NCBI RefSeq assembly: GCF_032444005.1
Contig: NC_091289.1
Span: 171,554,001-171,618,000, forward strand
From: Ranitomeya imitator
Taxonomy: Eukaryota
Length of the DNA stretch: 64,000 nucleotides
Reading direction: 5' to 3'
The translations under genes were made by a program, and so were the position numbers. Each line of letters begins with the position of its first letter. Position 1 is the stretch's first letter. Below the pieces are notes generated by a model. That model searched no databases. It saw nothing but the letters and a program-made list of their open reading frames with translations, and was not told the DNA's origin. Of this stretch, positions 49,100 through 62,169 are shown in pieces.

Positions 49100-49313
49100 G
49101 TTGCACTAGGTCTTCAGTCCTCCAGCACGCTCTCAGGTGTCGCTCTTCTGTCACACACTTCCGGTCTTCTCCATGGTTCCACGTGTGCCTCGCAGTGCAC
49201 CGCGCTTTCCGTTCCCCCATGTGTTTCTTCCGGTGTACGTCTTCCGGTTTCTTTTACCCTTGGATTTTGGGTGTTGACAGCCCGGTGTCTGATAAAGGTG
49301 AGCAGTGCTGGGA
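49100..49313. promoter_or_regulatory. Putative bidirectional TTC4/PARS2 promoter with PARS2 5'UTR exon donor
   Basis: Lies between the divergent genes; locally CpG-enriched. CTTCCGG (ETS/GABP) at 49158, 49227 and 49241; CACGTG at 49180; + strand donor AAG|GTGAGC at 49307/49308. The TSS is inferred. Confidence 0.65.
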
Positions 49314-49744
49314 ACATGGGACAAGGTTCCCTGTGTGATGTGTGCGCAGTTGCCCTGCAGGGTGTCATGGCTGCCGTGTCTCAGGCATTAGCCGTCTTGG
49401 ATTCTTTTGTGTTAACCCTTTCAAGTCCTCCCTGCTTTTGTTGTCACTGCAGTGTATTCTAGCAGAAATTGTGCAAATAAATGCACCCATATCATCCATG
49501 GAAGGGCCGGGTGTAAGTGGCCCCTCTGGTGACCCAGTCCGGGTGAGCCCGTCTTCACTTACAGTTTTCTTCTCCTCTTCTTTCAAGAGCTGTAACTTTA
49601 TCTTTGTCGTTTCATAGCTACGTGGCAGGTCTTGTTTTTTTGCGGTACAGGCTATAATTTTCCTCATTACCACTTTGGGGTGCACATAACTTTCTGGTCA
49701 CTTTTTCATCTTTTTTTTTGTGGGAGTCGAAGTGAGGAAAAGCA

Positions 49745-50140
49745 AGTTTCTCTGTCGCCTCATTGGGGGACACGGGACCATAGTTAATTTGCTTAGTGTC
49801 GCATAGGAGGCACACCTAAAATTTCGTACGACGGGATTACAGATGAAGAAAAGTCGGTCTCCTGCGAGACTCCCGGCATGGCTCCTTCCTCAGCCCCCTA
49901 TTATAGGGTGCCCGGGCATGGGGAATAGCCATCTCGACTTCAACCGGGCACCCTATAATAGGAAGGAAGGAGCCATGCCGGGAGTCTCGCAGGAGACCGA
50001 CTTTTCTTCATCTGTAATCCCGTTGTATGAAATTTTAGGTGTGCCTCCTATGCGACACTAAGCAAAAACTATGGTCCTGTGTCCCCCAATTAGAGGCTAA
50101 GAGAAAGAGATTTTACGGTGAGTACACAAAAATCTCCTTT
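49745..50140. mobile_element. Palindromic DIRS-like non-autonomous element
   Basis: Arms of about 150 bp (49762-49914 and 49944-50090); end motif gattttacggtgagtacacaaaaatc recurs at 57825-57851. The DIRS assignment is from recall. Confidence 0.55.
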
Positions 50141-51168
50141 TTCTGCAATTTGCTTTACATTTTCAGCGTTCACCGTGTGGGGTAAATATTACGATACTGT
50201 ATTAGTTCAGACACGCAGCAATGCCACTTTTTGTTTTACATTCTGGGAAAAGGGAGTGATATGAATATATATAATTTTTTTTTTTTTACACATTTTGTGT
50301 GGGATCTTCTAGGGGTCTTAAATGAGGGATCTCTACAATACACTGCAATACTGTAATATTATAATATTGTAAAATTACAGATCCATGAGTAGAAACATGC
50401 ACGCCACACTCCTTCCCGCTATTCCCCCCATTCTTCCCATCCCTCCCCCAGACACACCCATGGATAAGAATGGCTCTGTTCCATATTTTTAAAAAAATCC
50501 TTGTGTTTTAAACTTGTACACTCTTTTTAAATGCAGCCACATACTGCTTGGGCATAGGGTAGTGTGCCAAATGTCCCCCTCTGCTATGCTGAAAAGAGGA
50601 GTGGGCTCATTCAGAGATGGGGGCGTATATTTTTCAGGCATGTCTTGAGCTTGTTTTATCGAATTAATGAAGAAAGAGTGCACTACTGTCCAGAATATTT
50701 AGAACAGAGTGCAGTACCTAGTTTGTGCAACAATAATGTATGAAAACAGAAAAAAAAGACTGCACTAATAATAGTATGCACATCCTCATAGTAAAATTGG
50801 AAAACCTTTATTTCACCTTAAACACAATAACTATAAAAAACTTTAAAATACAGATTACAACCCAATAACCCTCACCCCTAGAGCTTGTTTTATCGGGTGC
50901 AGTTTGCGTTAAGTCGCCCTGTGTTTGGTCCCCTTCACACAAAGTGCGGCAGATACAATTGTTTTAGATGGAATTTAGGATCACATTCTGGAGATTTGAA
51001 AAATATCCTAAAGGAAAAATTAGGAAATGTTTCCTCTCTACCTGCAATCCCTCTTTTTTTTTTTTTTTAATTTAAAATAATGTGCAAAAGAACAGATCTC
51101 CCTTATGCGGTGTGAAAGCAAAATTATTAGGACAGCTAGAAGTTGCTTTAAGGGGAAGCTATCAGCAT

Positions 51169-51452
51169 TAGTGATGAGGAAAGTGCTCGGATAAGGTGTA
51201 ATCTGAGCATGCTCATGTGCTAATAACGTATCTTCGGCATACTTAAAAAAGTATGTTTGAGTCCCCACACTTGCATGTCTCGCGGTTGTTCAACAATCGT
51301 GACACATGCAGGGATCGCCTGTTTGTTAGGTATCCCTGCATGTGTTGTGGCTGTTGAACAGCCGTGAGATTTGCAGCTGCGGGGACTTGAACACAGTATT
51401 CAAGCATGCTGAAGATACTCTTTTAGCACATGAGCATGCTCGCACATCACTA
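51169..51452. mobile_element. hAT MITE
   Basis: tagtgatg / catcacta termini; flanks atcagcat/atcagcac; related fragment at about 40715-40825. Confidence 0.7.
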
Positions 51453-52058
51453 ATCAGCACGTCTTTACATATGACAGTAGTGGTATGGCTGTATAGGCGC
51501 TTGTCCCCTAATAAAAGTGATACCTGTTTTGCAGAGATCCCATGTCTAAGTCATGACATATCTACTGTAGCAACCATATGCAAATCAGGCTGGAAGTGCA
51601 CTAGGGGCATGTCAGTACACGCCAAATAAGCAGTCTATGTACACTGATGCCCCCAGTGAATTTGCAGCCTGGTATGCAAATGTTTACTACACTAGATATC
51701 TCATGACTGGCACTTAGGATCTCTACAAACAAGGTATTGTTTTCATTGGGAGACAACCACGTACACAGCCATACCACTACTGATCTATGTAAAAATGTGC
51801 TGACAAGTTCCATTTAATGCAGTGTGCACTGTGAAATGTTTTCCTACATTTTGCAACAGTGGTGCAAGTGAAGCCTTCCATTGAGAGCACCAAATCTAAA
51901 AGCTCTTCTTGGGTAAAAGTCTTTGGAAAAATGTTTGTGACTGAGGTGCGAGACCTATAGACAGGTGTGTATCTAATGGGGAAAGGGAAAAAAATTTTTT
52001 TGTATATTTGTGATCAATGTGATGGATTATTGACTTTTTGTATTTTTCAGAGTTTGTG

Positions 52059-53447
52059 ATGAGTAGGCTGCTGAGGTCATCACTACCCCATCTAGTGGCC
52101 ATCAGAGCGTATGGCAATGACTCATCCAAAGTTAGGCGCCACCTGCTGTCCAGGATTTACCAGCCAGGAAATCTGTGGGCAGAAAACCCGTCTGAAATTG
52201 AAGACAAATCAAACATGCTCTCCAATAAGAGTCAGAGATTTATGTTCAAAGCAGGATTAATCCGACCCACCAGTCCCGGATGTTTCCACTATTTGCCCCC
52301 TACTGTACGCTCAATGGAGAAACTCATTAGGCTGATAGATCGGGCAATGCAGGAGATCGGAGGGCAGAAGATTGACATGGCGACTCTTTGCTCAGCAACT
52401 CTGTGGAAGCAAAGTGGACGCTGGGATCTGGTGGGAAAAGAGTTGCTGTGTTTGATGGACAGACACAATCAGGAATACTGCTTAGGGCCCACACATGAAG
52501 AGTCCGTCACCAATTTGGTCGCCGCAGAGGGCGGCATCAGCCACAAGAAGCTTCCTCTTCTGCTGTACCAGATCACCCGGAAATTCAGAGATGAAATGAG
52601 GCCGTGCTTTGGTTTGCTGCGCGGCAGGGAGTTTTACATGAAGGACATGTACACGTTTGATCTAACAGAGGAAGCCGCCTACGAGACGTATAACAACGTG
52701 TGTGATGCCTACTCTAATATATTCCACACCCTTGGCATGAAACATGTGAAAGTCCAAGCAGACACGGGAAATATAGGGGGCAAGATGTCGCATGAGTTTC
52801 ACCTCCCTGCCGGTATCGGTGAGGACAGGCTGATGGTCTGCGGCAGCTGTGATTTTGCCGCCAACATAGAGACATTGCATCCAGATGAGAGGAATTGTCC
52901 TAGTTGTGGAGGCGAGCTGGCAGAAAGTAAGGGCATTGAGATCGGGCACACCTTCTACCTCGGGACCAAGTACTCGCAGGTTTTCAATGCCGTATGTCAC
53001 GATGCCCAGAACAAACCCGTTGTGGCCGAAATGGGCTGCTATGGCATTGGCGTATCACGGCTGTTGGCGGCATCTATAGAAGTTCTTTCTACCGAGGAGG
53101 AGATTCACTGGCCAAGTCTGATTGCCCCATACCAGATTTGTCTCATTCCCCCTAAAAAGGGAAGCAAGGAGACGGCGGCATCATTGGTCGCAGAGGAACT
53201 GTACGACTCTATATGCGCCATTCCTCACATGAGAAATGAGGCCGTTTTAGATGATAGAGATCATTTAACTATTGGAAAAAGGGTAAAGGAAGCTCACATG
53301 ATGGGTTACCCCCATGTTATTGTCATAGGCAAAAAGGCTTTAGAGAGCCCTTCGCTGTTTGAAGTGCGCAATCACAGGACTGGTGAAGTGCAGTTTCTTT
53401 CTAAAGACGAATTGTTAGGCTTTATACAGTCAATTCATGTCATCTAG
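52059..53447 (+). CDS. PARS2: Mitochondrial prolyl-tRNA synthetase, single coding exon, 462 aa
   Basis: Acceptor tttttcag|52051, then ATG at 52059. Arg/Ser/Leu-rich N-terminus suggests a mitochondrial presequence. Class II aaRS motif 2 (QITRKFRDEMRPCFGLLRGREFYMKD), motif 3 (MGCYGIGVSRL), C-terminal anticodon-binding domain. Confidence 0.97.
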   Translation: MSRLLRSSLPHLVAIRAYGNDSSKVRRHLLSRIYQPGNLWAENPSEIEDKSNMLSNKSQRFMFKAGLIRPTSPGCFHYLPPTVRSMEKLIRLIDRAMQEIGGQKIDMATLCSATLWKQSGRWDLVGKELLCLMDRHNQEYCLGPTHEESVTNLVAAEGGISHKKLPLLLYQITRKFRDEMRPCFGLLRGREFYMKDMYTFDLTEEAAYETYNNVCDAYSNIFHTLGMKHVKVQADTGNIGGKMSHEFHLPAGIGEDRLMVCGSCDFAANIETLHPDERNCPSCGGELAESKGIEIGHTFYLGTKYSQVFNAVCHDAQNKPVVAEMGCYGIGVSRLLAASIEVLSTEEEIHWPSLIAPYQICLIPPKKGSKETAASLVAEELYDSICAIPHMRNEAVLDDRDHLTIGKRVKEAHMMGYPHVIVIGKKALESPSLFEVRNHRTGEVQFLSKDELLGFIQSIHVI

Positions 53448-53485
53448 AATATTTTGTAAGTAAACTTATAAAATGATTGTATAAT

Positions 53486-53491
53486 AATAAA
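53486..53491 (+). terminator. Candidate PARS2 polyadenylation signal
   Basis: AATAAA about 40 nt after the stop codon; use is not verified. Confidence 0.5.
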
Positions 53492-54116
53492 AAAATCAGG
53501 GTTTTTCCTACCTTGCTCAAACCCTTGTTTGAAGTTTAATGGTGGAGACCACCGGTGTTATGGAAATTTGGTTTGGATAAATCTATCCCTGTGTGTGCTG
53601 CAGCCGTTCCCAATAAGACTGAGTATTTTGAGCGCTCATCAAGAATGGACTGTACACCATTGTGACAAAAAAACATTCCATCAATACTGATGATTTATTG
53701 TACATACATAGTTTTATAATTGCATATAGAAAGGGTGGTTAGGGGTGGTTAGTTAATTACCATATTGTCTAGCTCCTCTGTTATTGGTTGTTTAAATATA
53801 TATGGAATATTGTGATTAATGCACATATGGATGCTGATTAAGCAACTAAAATGTAGCTCTCTGCATCTAGGACAAAGTTGAGACATCTCATCAGCACTTA
53901 ATACATCTGGTGCTGTTCCGCTTTTCGGGGTGTCTGGAAAGTACCGAGGACCCATCTGGCCTAGCTCATGTGGTCAAATCGAGCAATTGATTATAAACTA
54001 GCTGAGTATATATTAGCTGTGGATATGAGTATATATGATTATAGAGGAGTATACATGCAAGTGAGATCTACATGATATATATATTTCTATCACACCGGAG
54101 CCGCAGGGGAGTGTAG

Positions 54117-54420
54117 TAATAATAATAATAATAATAATTTTTATTTATACAGCGCCAACATATTCTGCAGCGCTTTACAGTTATAGAGGGGATTTGTACA
54201 GACAATAGACATTACAGCATAACAATAATCACAGTTCAAAACAGATACCAAGAGGAGTGAGGGCCCTGCTGCTCGCAAGCTTACAATCTATAGGAAAAAG
54301 GGGAGACACGAAAGGTGGATGGTAACAATTGCTTTCGTTGTTCGGACCAGCCATAGTGTAAGGCTCGGGTGTTCATGTAAAGCTGCATGAACCAGTGTAA
54401 GGGTAAGTAACACTTCATTC
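54117..54420 (-). mobile_element. L2-type LINE/SINE 3' end with (AAT)n tail
   Basis: tttatttatacagcgccaacatattctgcagcgctttaca terminal motif; similar fragment at about 57590-57780. Confidence 0.55.
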
Positions 54421-55049
54421 TCTCTTGAGAACTGTTAGAAAACCCCTTTAAAGATTTATTTCCATTGTAGCATGCTATCACCTATCCTATCGTGTTAGGG
54501 AATAACCTCTTAAATGTCAAACTAGGGTTTCTCCTTAAAGGTGAACCTGTCATGCAAAAAAATATTAACATGCTGATAAGAGGTTCATCTGCAGGTTAAT
54601 AGCATTCTAAAGCTGCTCGGCTGCTGCACTGAAAGCCCAGCTAATTGGAGGAAATGAACTTTATTTTTCGCGGCAGCCTCTGGCTTCCAGTTATAGAGGC
54701 GCAGCTTCAGTCACCGCTCATTAAGTAGTTAGCTGCGGCTGTAACTGCGCCCCGACACTGACTGACTGACGCATCTGCCGGTTGCGGGGATATGGGACGT
54801 CGGACACCGGTTCTGTGGTTTCCGGCTCACGGCCTCACCACTGGAAGTGCCGCATAGCCGCAAACTTACATGGGTGAGTAATGATGCCCCCTTTTCATAC
54901 ACCGCCTCAAAGAAGCTAACGATAAACGCGCATTGGGGTAATTTCTCCCATCAGTATCAGGCTGTTTAATGGATAGATGTTCATCTCTCTACTTATTGTG
55001 GCATTATATTTTTGGGATCTGGATTTTCTACCATGTGTTTTATAGCTTA

Positions 55050-55699
55050 CTAGATGGCAGCCCGATTCTAAAGAATCGGGAGTCTAGAATCCATATATAC
55101 TTTATTTATTCAAATGTAAGAATAATACAATTAATAAATAATAGTAAGAAAGAACAAAAATAATAGGCAGTATATGGAGAAAACACCAAACAAAAGTTCA
55201 AAATTGGTGTGAAAATGTCACTGAACCACTTCACAACTAAATATATATAGTTTTGGTAAATGGTATTATCATTTTTTTGACGAAATTCGGCAGGAGCTTG
55301 AAGAGCAACGTCACTGGGCCCGCCTCCACGCAGTAGAAACTTGCTGTGAGGTAAAAATTCAAAAATCACACCAAAATGGCGGGCGGAGTGTGTCACAGTA
55401 CGGCACGTTTCTGATTGGTCGCTCGCAGCAGGCGGCAACCAATCAGACACTGGACACTGTTGACGTCACTTATCTCCGGACATTATCTCCGCACATTAGC
55501 TCCGCACATTAGCTCCGGACATTACCTCCGGACATTAGCTCCGGACAAAGCCACGGAAGTTGGCACAAATTGCAGGAAGTAGTATTCTAGGCAATTAATC
55601 TCCGGACATTAGCTCCGGACATTAGCTCCGGACATTAGCTCCGGACAGGAAGTTGGCACAAATTGCAGGAAGTAGTATTCTAGGCAATTATATATTAGA
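55050..55699 (-). mobile_element. Complete non-autonomous Helitron
   Basis: Minus strand A|TC...cccgattct-tt-agaatcggg-ctgccat-CTAG|T, with canonical A/T target; internal 13-bp repeats. Confidence 0.85.
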
Positions 55700-58600
55700 T
55701 TGACCCTGTATGGGAATTATCGTTAATTAGGGTACTATTTCGCCTGGTTCTACCACGAATATATAATGTACCATTATCCTGCAGGTATTTAGAATTGTAT
55801 AGTTGGGCCTACATGCTTCACCCGGCCTATGTGTTGTACAGTACACTTTGGATCATTACCACTACAATACAATTTCTGACCATCTGGAATCATATCTTTC
55901 ACCCTATTTGGTGGTTATGAGTTTTTTTTTAATTATATTTCTGGATCTGTCTGTGGTGCATACATTGTTACTTTTACCTTGGACTTTGTGTCCCAGTGTG
56001 TTTCACTGTGACATTTTGACTACCCGTACACTGGGGTCCATTCGTGGCTATGTATATATTTTTTGGTATACCTTTCACCTTTATGCTTCCTGCAGTGATT
56101 TTTTTTTTTTTTTGCTCTTTGACACTTTCCCCTTCTTATACCTCTTAAGATTTTTTATGTGATTATTTTTTCAATAAAATTCATTTTTACGTTTAGTCGC
56201 CTTGGCTTCCATTTCTTTTTGGTTTTCTATTTGTTTGGAACAATGATTTTCATAGGACCAGTTCTTTCTTGGGTACTTTTTTTTTCACGATGCATGGATC
56301 TTAACTTTTTCGCCATTTTTATATTCCTCTTTTTATTATATCCAGTGAAAATATAAGAAAAGTAGGAAATGCGTGGATATTTTTCACATATTATTTTATA
56401 TACTCTGCTTTGCCCTCCCCATAAGGTCTTAAAAGACCATTAGGAGGAGGCATTTTAACATATTAATACATTATTTTTGTTGATCATTTCTACTGGTACT
56501 AGAGCTAGTTTATTGGGCCCAGTTACAGTGGAAATTCATCCACTCAGCAGCTCCTGCTCCCTCCCTGCACCCAACAATCACATAATCACTGGGTCAGGCG
56601 GAGGAAGCAGGGTAAGTGTTTCCTTCTCTATATACACAGCACAAGTTCAGTGCTGTATATAGAGAGATCGAGTAGGTAAGCATGTTAATAAACCATGTTT
56701 CTTCTCTGGGAACTGACTGTGTCTGTCGGCTTCCTACCTGTACAGCTGCACGATCTCATGCAGACTGATTACTAGGCATTGACGTTTTAGACACTTTTGC
56801 AGAGTAAAGTATAGATTGCCTGGACAATTGTAGTCTATGCACAGTCTAGTTGTACTTAAAGGGAATGTATCATTAGACAAAAATATTTTTTTTTTAAATG
56901 AAAAAGTAATAAATTAGAAATCTTGCAAATGTCATATTGGTCACTGCAGCTATTCTAGACGCTCACTTCCTATTCTTTCAGAAAATCCACATGTACATTA
57001 GCCGCAACTAACACTCTGACCCTATATTTTATATTGATGCATTTAATGGGCATTGTGAAGGAGGTTGGGGGAAGCAGGGTCAGCTGAGACATCGCCTGTT
57101 GTGGTTGTTGGATCCTGTGTGTTTACTTGTCATTGCACTCCGACGTTTGATAATAATGAGACTTATGAAAGAACAGGAAGTTTGAGTGTAAAAAAACCTC
57201 AATGTCCCAGTTTGAGAATTGAACGATTGCCCATTTTGTTTAATACAAATTGTGATGTGAATAAAACACACGCACATTGACCCATGTCATCTAATGATGG
57301 CTTCCCTTTACTGTTGGCATAACCTTACTGCCTCCTGTATGTTCTTAATTTTCCTACAACAAAAAAAAAAGTTGAGTGCCTACTTTTTATTGCGCAGTAA
57401 ACATACGGTCAGGTATTTTAATTTCAGTGTGTCCGGGCTTCTTTTTATTCCAGATTTTAATCACAGCTTTAAAACCAAAGATAAATTTGCCACGATTCTT
57501 CATGTCAGAGAAGGACAATCGTGTCGATTGACGTGTTTCTGGTCAGTGACTGATCTGTACATTTCTTGGCAATGTCGGTAGATATTATATACATTTTTAT
57601 AGCGCCATTTATTCCATGGCGCTGTACACGTGAGAGTACAATAGATATGAGCAAAAAACAAGGCACACAGGTACATAAGGAGGGTGGACCCTGCCCGCGA
57701 GGGCTCAGTCTGCAGGGGATGGGTGAGGATACACTAGGAGAGGGTAGAGCTGGTTGTGCGGCGGTTCAGCAGGTAGATGATGTAGGACAATGCTGTGTCC
57801 CCCAATGAGTGGCTTGGAGAAAAGGATTTTACGGTGAGTACACAAAAATCCCTCAAGCATAATGTGCTATTGCAAGTTCCATATGTGTGAACCAAACAAC
57901 GCGACTACAGCTGTCGGCTGGACTTTTAGCCAGTGCAGGTGACATTTGGTTATTCAGAAGGTCTCCAAAATCTAAGAACTAGCTCCCTTCCATTCCTATC
58001 CTTATTTTTCACTCATTTTATTGAATGTTTGGCTGTACAGTGTGTCCAAATTGAACTGCACCTTTAATAAAAAAATTAAAAAAAAGAAGTCGGTTCTTGT
58101 AGTAGGTGCCAGGGAGGTGGTCCCAATTTCGAGGCTTCAGAGCAAAGGAGGAGTCCAAAGGTGGTGAACTGACAACTGTTTTGCCATAGTTTGGTTTTAC
58201 CATCATGGTTTATAAGGAATGTTTTGAATTCAGGATTTTGCTTGTTTTCTGCTTTTTAGATTTTAGCTTCTGCAATAACTCACAAGTGCATTAACAGATC
58301 TGACATCCCGCCCCCCCCCCCCCCCATACAATAAAAGGGCCTGTTTTCCCTCCAAATTTCAGGGCTGCATTTCGGTCCCAGTCCGGGCACAATGTGAATA
58401 CTCGGTGTCTGTATAATGCAATTAAGATACATTGAAATGACAAAGACAAACATCGGCTTATTCATTTTTATTTTTTATGAAATCACATTACTTTCTGCTT
58501 ATTTACACAAAAATGTTTAAAAAAAAAAAATTACCATGGAGATTCAGCAATTATACATTATATAAGAAGGATTAGTCGGTCAATGATAACACGTATGGCC

Positions 58601-59692
58601 TCATTAATAAAACCAGAATAATTGACAATACACAGTGGATGTCATAGAAGGTCACAATGAATCACTGGTTGTGTGGCCTTTTATTATGTCACCACCGTGT
58701 TAATCAGGACAAGCATGTTAATGTTGGCCGAACACCTCAATATACTCATGAGTGGCCAACTATCTGTCGTGCATTAGATGTTCTGCCAGGAAAAAAAAGG
58801 ATCACGCATGTTGAACTTCAGCATGCCCGATCTTTTATTTTTTAAAGAGTTGCCACCAAAGATATCTGACAGCAGCCTACTCCCCTTTCTCCATAGATGA
58901 AACATGAACACTGCAAAACTGTGTGTGTATAGGGAGGTCCGGAGGAATAACTGCATTCGGCACTAGTGGTGTTGCCACCTTTAGGTTTCGACCTCCTGTT
59001 CATTGAGTCCCAAGGCTCCGTATAGAGCAGTAGGGTCTCCTTGTGCCACCATGAGTTGTATTCTGAAAAAGTTTACGATTCCTGACTCCGTCACCGAACA
59101 CACGGTCTTTATGCAAGCACAACTAATAATCATTTTCTTATTAGTCCTTTTGTGCATTGTTGGACAATTCTTGGGCTTTTTATTCCAAAACTAGTGATAA
59201 CTGACCAGCATAAACTTCCCTTTGGGCACCCAAAACATAAAAATTGCCATGTACGATTGATTGTTTGATTTTTTTTTTTCAGTTTCTTTTACTTACACGG
59301 ATATTGCTATTTTTCTATTTCGTTGAGACTATCGTTTTGTCCAAAGTGACAACAGGAAGCGCTGCCGTATTGGTTGTCACCTTTGATTCTTTAAACGTTT
59401 CCAATATTCATACCAAGGACCGCAGCAGATCTACATGACCATATAGCGGGTATATTGTCTCCTCCATTTTACGTCAGTAAGTCTAAACCTGTCCGTGGGT
59501 TTTGTGGCCCGAACTAACAGCATCTTTGGCACATACGCGCTTGGTTCAGTAGGTCCGAGATTGGGCAAGACCTTCCAGCTGTAAATACAGTTGCGTGTCA
59601 ACCCAAGCACGTTTTCGAGGCTTGAGACATGAGAAGAACCTACAAGCCTCTTTATAGATATAGTTGGAAAAGTCTGTTTTTTCCTAATGTGG

Positions 59693-60229
59693 TTAGATGG
59701 TAGATGAGCGGCTGCTCAGTTTTAGTCTGGGTTTCTTGCCATTGACCATCATAGACTGGAACAAAAGCCTGACCAAGTCCATTTTACCAGTCGCGATCAT
59801 CACCTTAGAAAGGCTGACCACCTCCGTGGTGTTATTTCTGCAGACAGCCTGCAGCTCTTGACTTACACTTTCTTCTCCATACTTCTCTTGAGCTTCTTTT
59901 ACCCAGGACTCAACCTCCTTGATCAGCGTCTCGGCAGCGATTTTACTTTGACCATAGAGGCTAAGTAATGCTTCCATTAAATATCTGAAGGTCTCTGTGG
60001 CTGGAGAGCCTTTGCTGTCCAAGGTTATGGCTTTCTTGAAACACTCGATTGCGTTCTGTTCCTCGCCTTTAACGAGCAGACATTTACCCTTCAGTAGCTG
60101 CAATTCTGGGAGGGTGTCGCCCAGGTCGTACTCCGTGGCTTTGGCAATGCAAACTAAAGCCTGATTTATGGAATCTTCATCCGTTAACATGAGCTCCTGC
60201 ACCGCATCCACACCCATGTAATAACACAC
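59693..60229 (-). CDS. TTC22: TTC22 terminal exon (upstream exons not found in the window)
   Basis: tatttcag| acceptor. Encodes VCYYMGVDAVQELM...NQALVCIAKATEYDLGDTLPELQLLKGKCL...LVRLLFQSM, matching the human TTC22 C-terminus; synteny with PARS2. Confidence 0.92.
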   Translation of the reverse strand: MCYYMGVDAVQELMLTDEDSINQALVCIAKATEYDLGDTLPELQLLKGKCLLVKGEEQNAIECFKKAITLDSKGSPATETFRYLMEALLSLYGQSKIAAETLIKEVESWVKEAQEKYGEESVSQELQAVCRNNTTEVVSLSKVMIATGKMDLVRLLFQSMMVNGKKPRLKLSSRSSTI

Positions 60230-61174
60230 CTGAAATAGAGATAGACGGCAGCTGTAAGAAGAATGGCCGGCACTATTAAGTATTAGGGTACAGTCATAGG
60301 GGCCATCAGGGGCGCGGCATCATAAACACTGCACATGAAAGTTTTGCTTCATTTTATTTGTAAGGAAAAATAATATGGAAATGATGTAGAACTGATTCTA
60401 TGGACGCTGCGGCTCCGTATTTGCATGCTTTTTGTCTAGGCAGGAAAAAAGCTTAAAGAAAAGGCTTAAAAGCTTTATGTAAACCTTCGCATTATTATTT
60501 TTTTTATTATTGTTCATTTGCTTCCTAAATGGAAAATTAAACAACTTTTAACATAGTCTTTATTAAAATAATGTCCTTCACCTAGCTAGCATGTCTGCAA
60601 AACCGTGACAAATCCAACAGATCTCCGCTCCCGGCTCTGACAGCTCTTTCTGCGCTCCCTTTTCTTAGTGTTAGGCTACATGATTCACACATCTGTGTGA
60701 CACTTCCGTTTTGTTATTCCCTGACACCACATGGACCTATAAAATGTCATTAATCAATACACCTATCAGTTTTAAGAACAGATCCTTGTCAGACCTATGA
60801 GACTCCGAGCATGTCATATGCTCATCCATTTTGCAGCTCAGATTAACCATTATAATCTATGGGAAGCTGTCAAAAATGGATAAAAAAACAGAAGACAGCC
60901 TGTTAACTTTAATGTTCCATATATGTTTTATCTGTTTTTCACTGATCTATTGTTAGGAGTTAATGGATTAAAAAAAATGTTCAGACAGTCTACCTGTTCC
61001 GCGGAAAAACCGGTGACACATGAAAAACGGTCTGGTTTACAAATATATAAAAATAGACATGGATGTGTGACTGTGATCTTAGAGAGTAAGTTATACTTAG
61101 ATCCAACTGTGGACAGGAGGCAAAGTATCTGTATTCTGAGGGCAGAGACAGCAGGCTGTGGATAGGGAGGAAAG

Positions 61175-61978
61175 TGTTATGACCTGGTGGTCAGGACAAT
61201 AATGGACCTGGTGGTTTAGAGCACACGGAATGACCTGATAGTTACTGATAATAAAGGACGAGCTCTGGGACGTGGGAACTCTGCTGACCGCAATCCCTAA
61301 TCCTATCAAACACACTAGAAATAGCCGTGGATTGCGTCTAACGCTCCCTATGCAACTCGGCACAGCCTAAGGAACTAGCTAGCCCTAAAGATAGAAAAAT
61401 AAAGCCTACCTTGCCTCAGAGAAATTCCCCAAAGGAAAAGGCAGCCCCCCACATATGACTGTGAGTAAAGATGAAAATACAAACACAGAGATGAAATAGA
61501 TTTAGCAAAGTGAGGCCAGACTTACTGAACAGACCGAGGATAGGAAAGGTTACTTTGCTGTCAGCACAAAAACCTACAAAAAGACCACGCAGAGGGCGCA
61601 AAAAGACCCTCCGCACCGACTCACGGTGCGGAGGCGCTCCCTCTGCGTCCCAGAGCTTCCAGCAAGCAAGAAAACAATAAAAATAGCAAGCTGGACAGAA
61701 AAATAGCAAACCAAAGAAATACAAGCTGGAACTTAGCTTCTGCTGGGAAGACAGGTCACAAGAACGATCCAGGAGTGAACTAGACCAATACTGGAACATT
61801 GACATGTGGCATGGAGCAAAGATCTAAGTGGAGTTAAATAGAGCAGCCAGCTAACGAATTAACCTCGTCACCTGTGGAAGGAAACTCAGAAACACCCACC
61901 AGAGGAAGTCCATGGACAGAACCAGCCGAAGTACCATTCATGACCACAGGAGGGAGCCCGACAACAGAATTCACAACA
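61175..61978. mobile_element. Solo LTR (804 bp)
   Basis: TGTT...AACA termini; GGAAAG duplicated on both sides. Confidence 0.8.
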
Positions 61979-62169
61979 GGAAAGCACATGAAGGGAAATT
62001 GTTTGAGGAATGTACGCATCAGTGGGTGTGAGAATGAATGAAGGATGGAGACTGAAACTTTTATTTTAACTACAGGTGACCATTAACATATGTAAAAAGC
62101 AATTTTTTTCAAAGTTGAAGGCGGTGGGACGGAGGATTACCTCTATATGAACTAGAGTCATGTCTGAAA

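Noticed and set aside
57520-57560. GAAACACGUC hammerhead 3' half on the minus strand
   Set aside because: The CUGANGA core is missing, so it is at most a dead relic.
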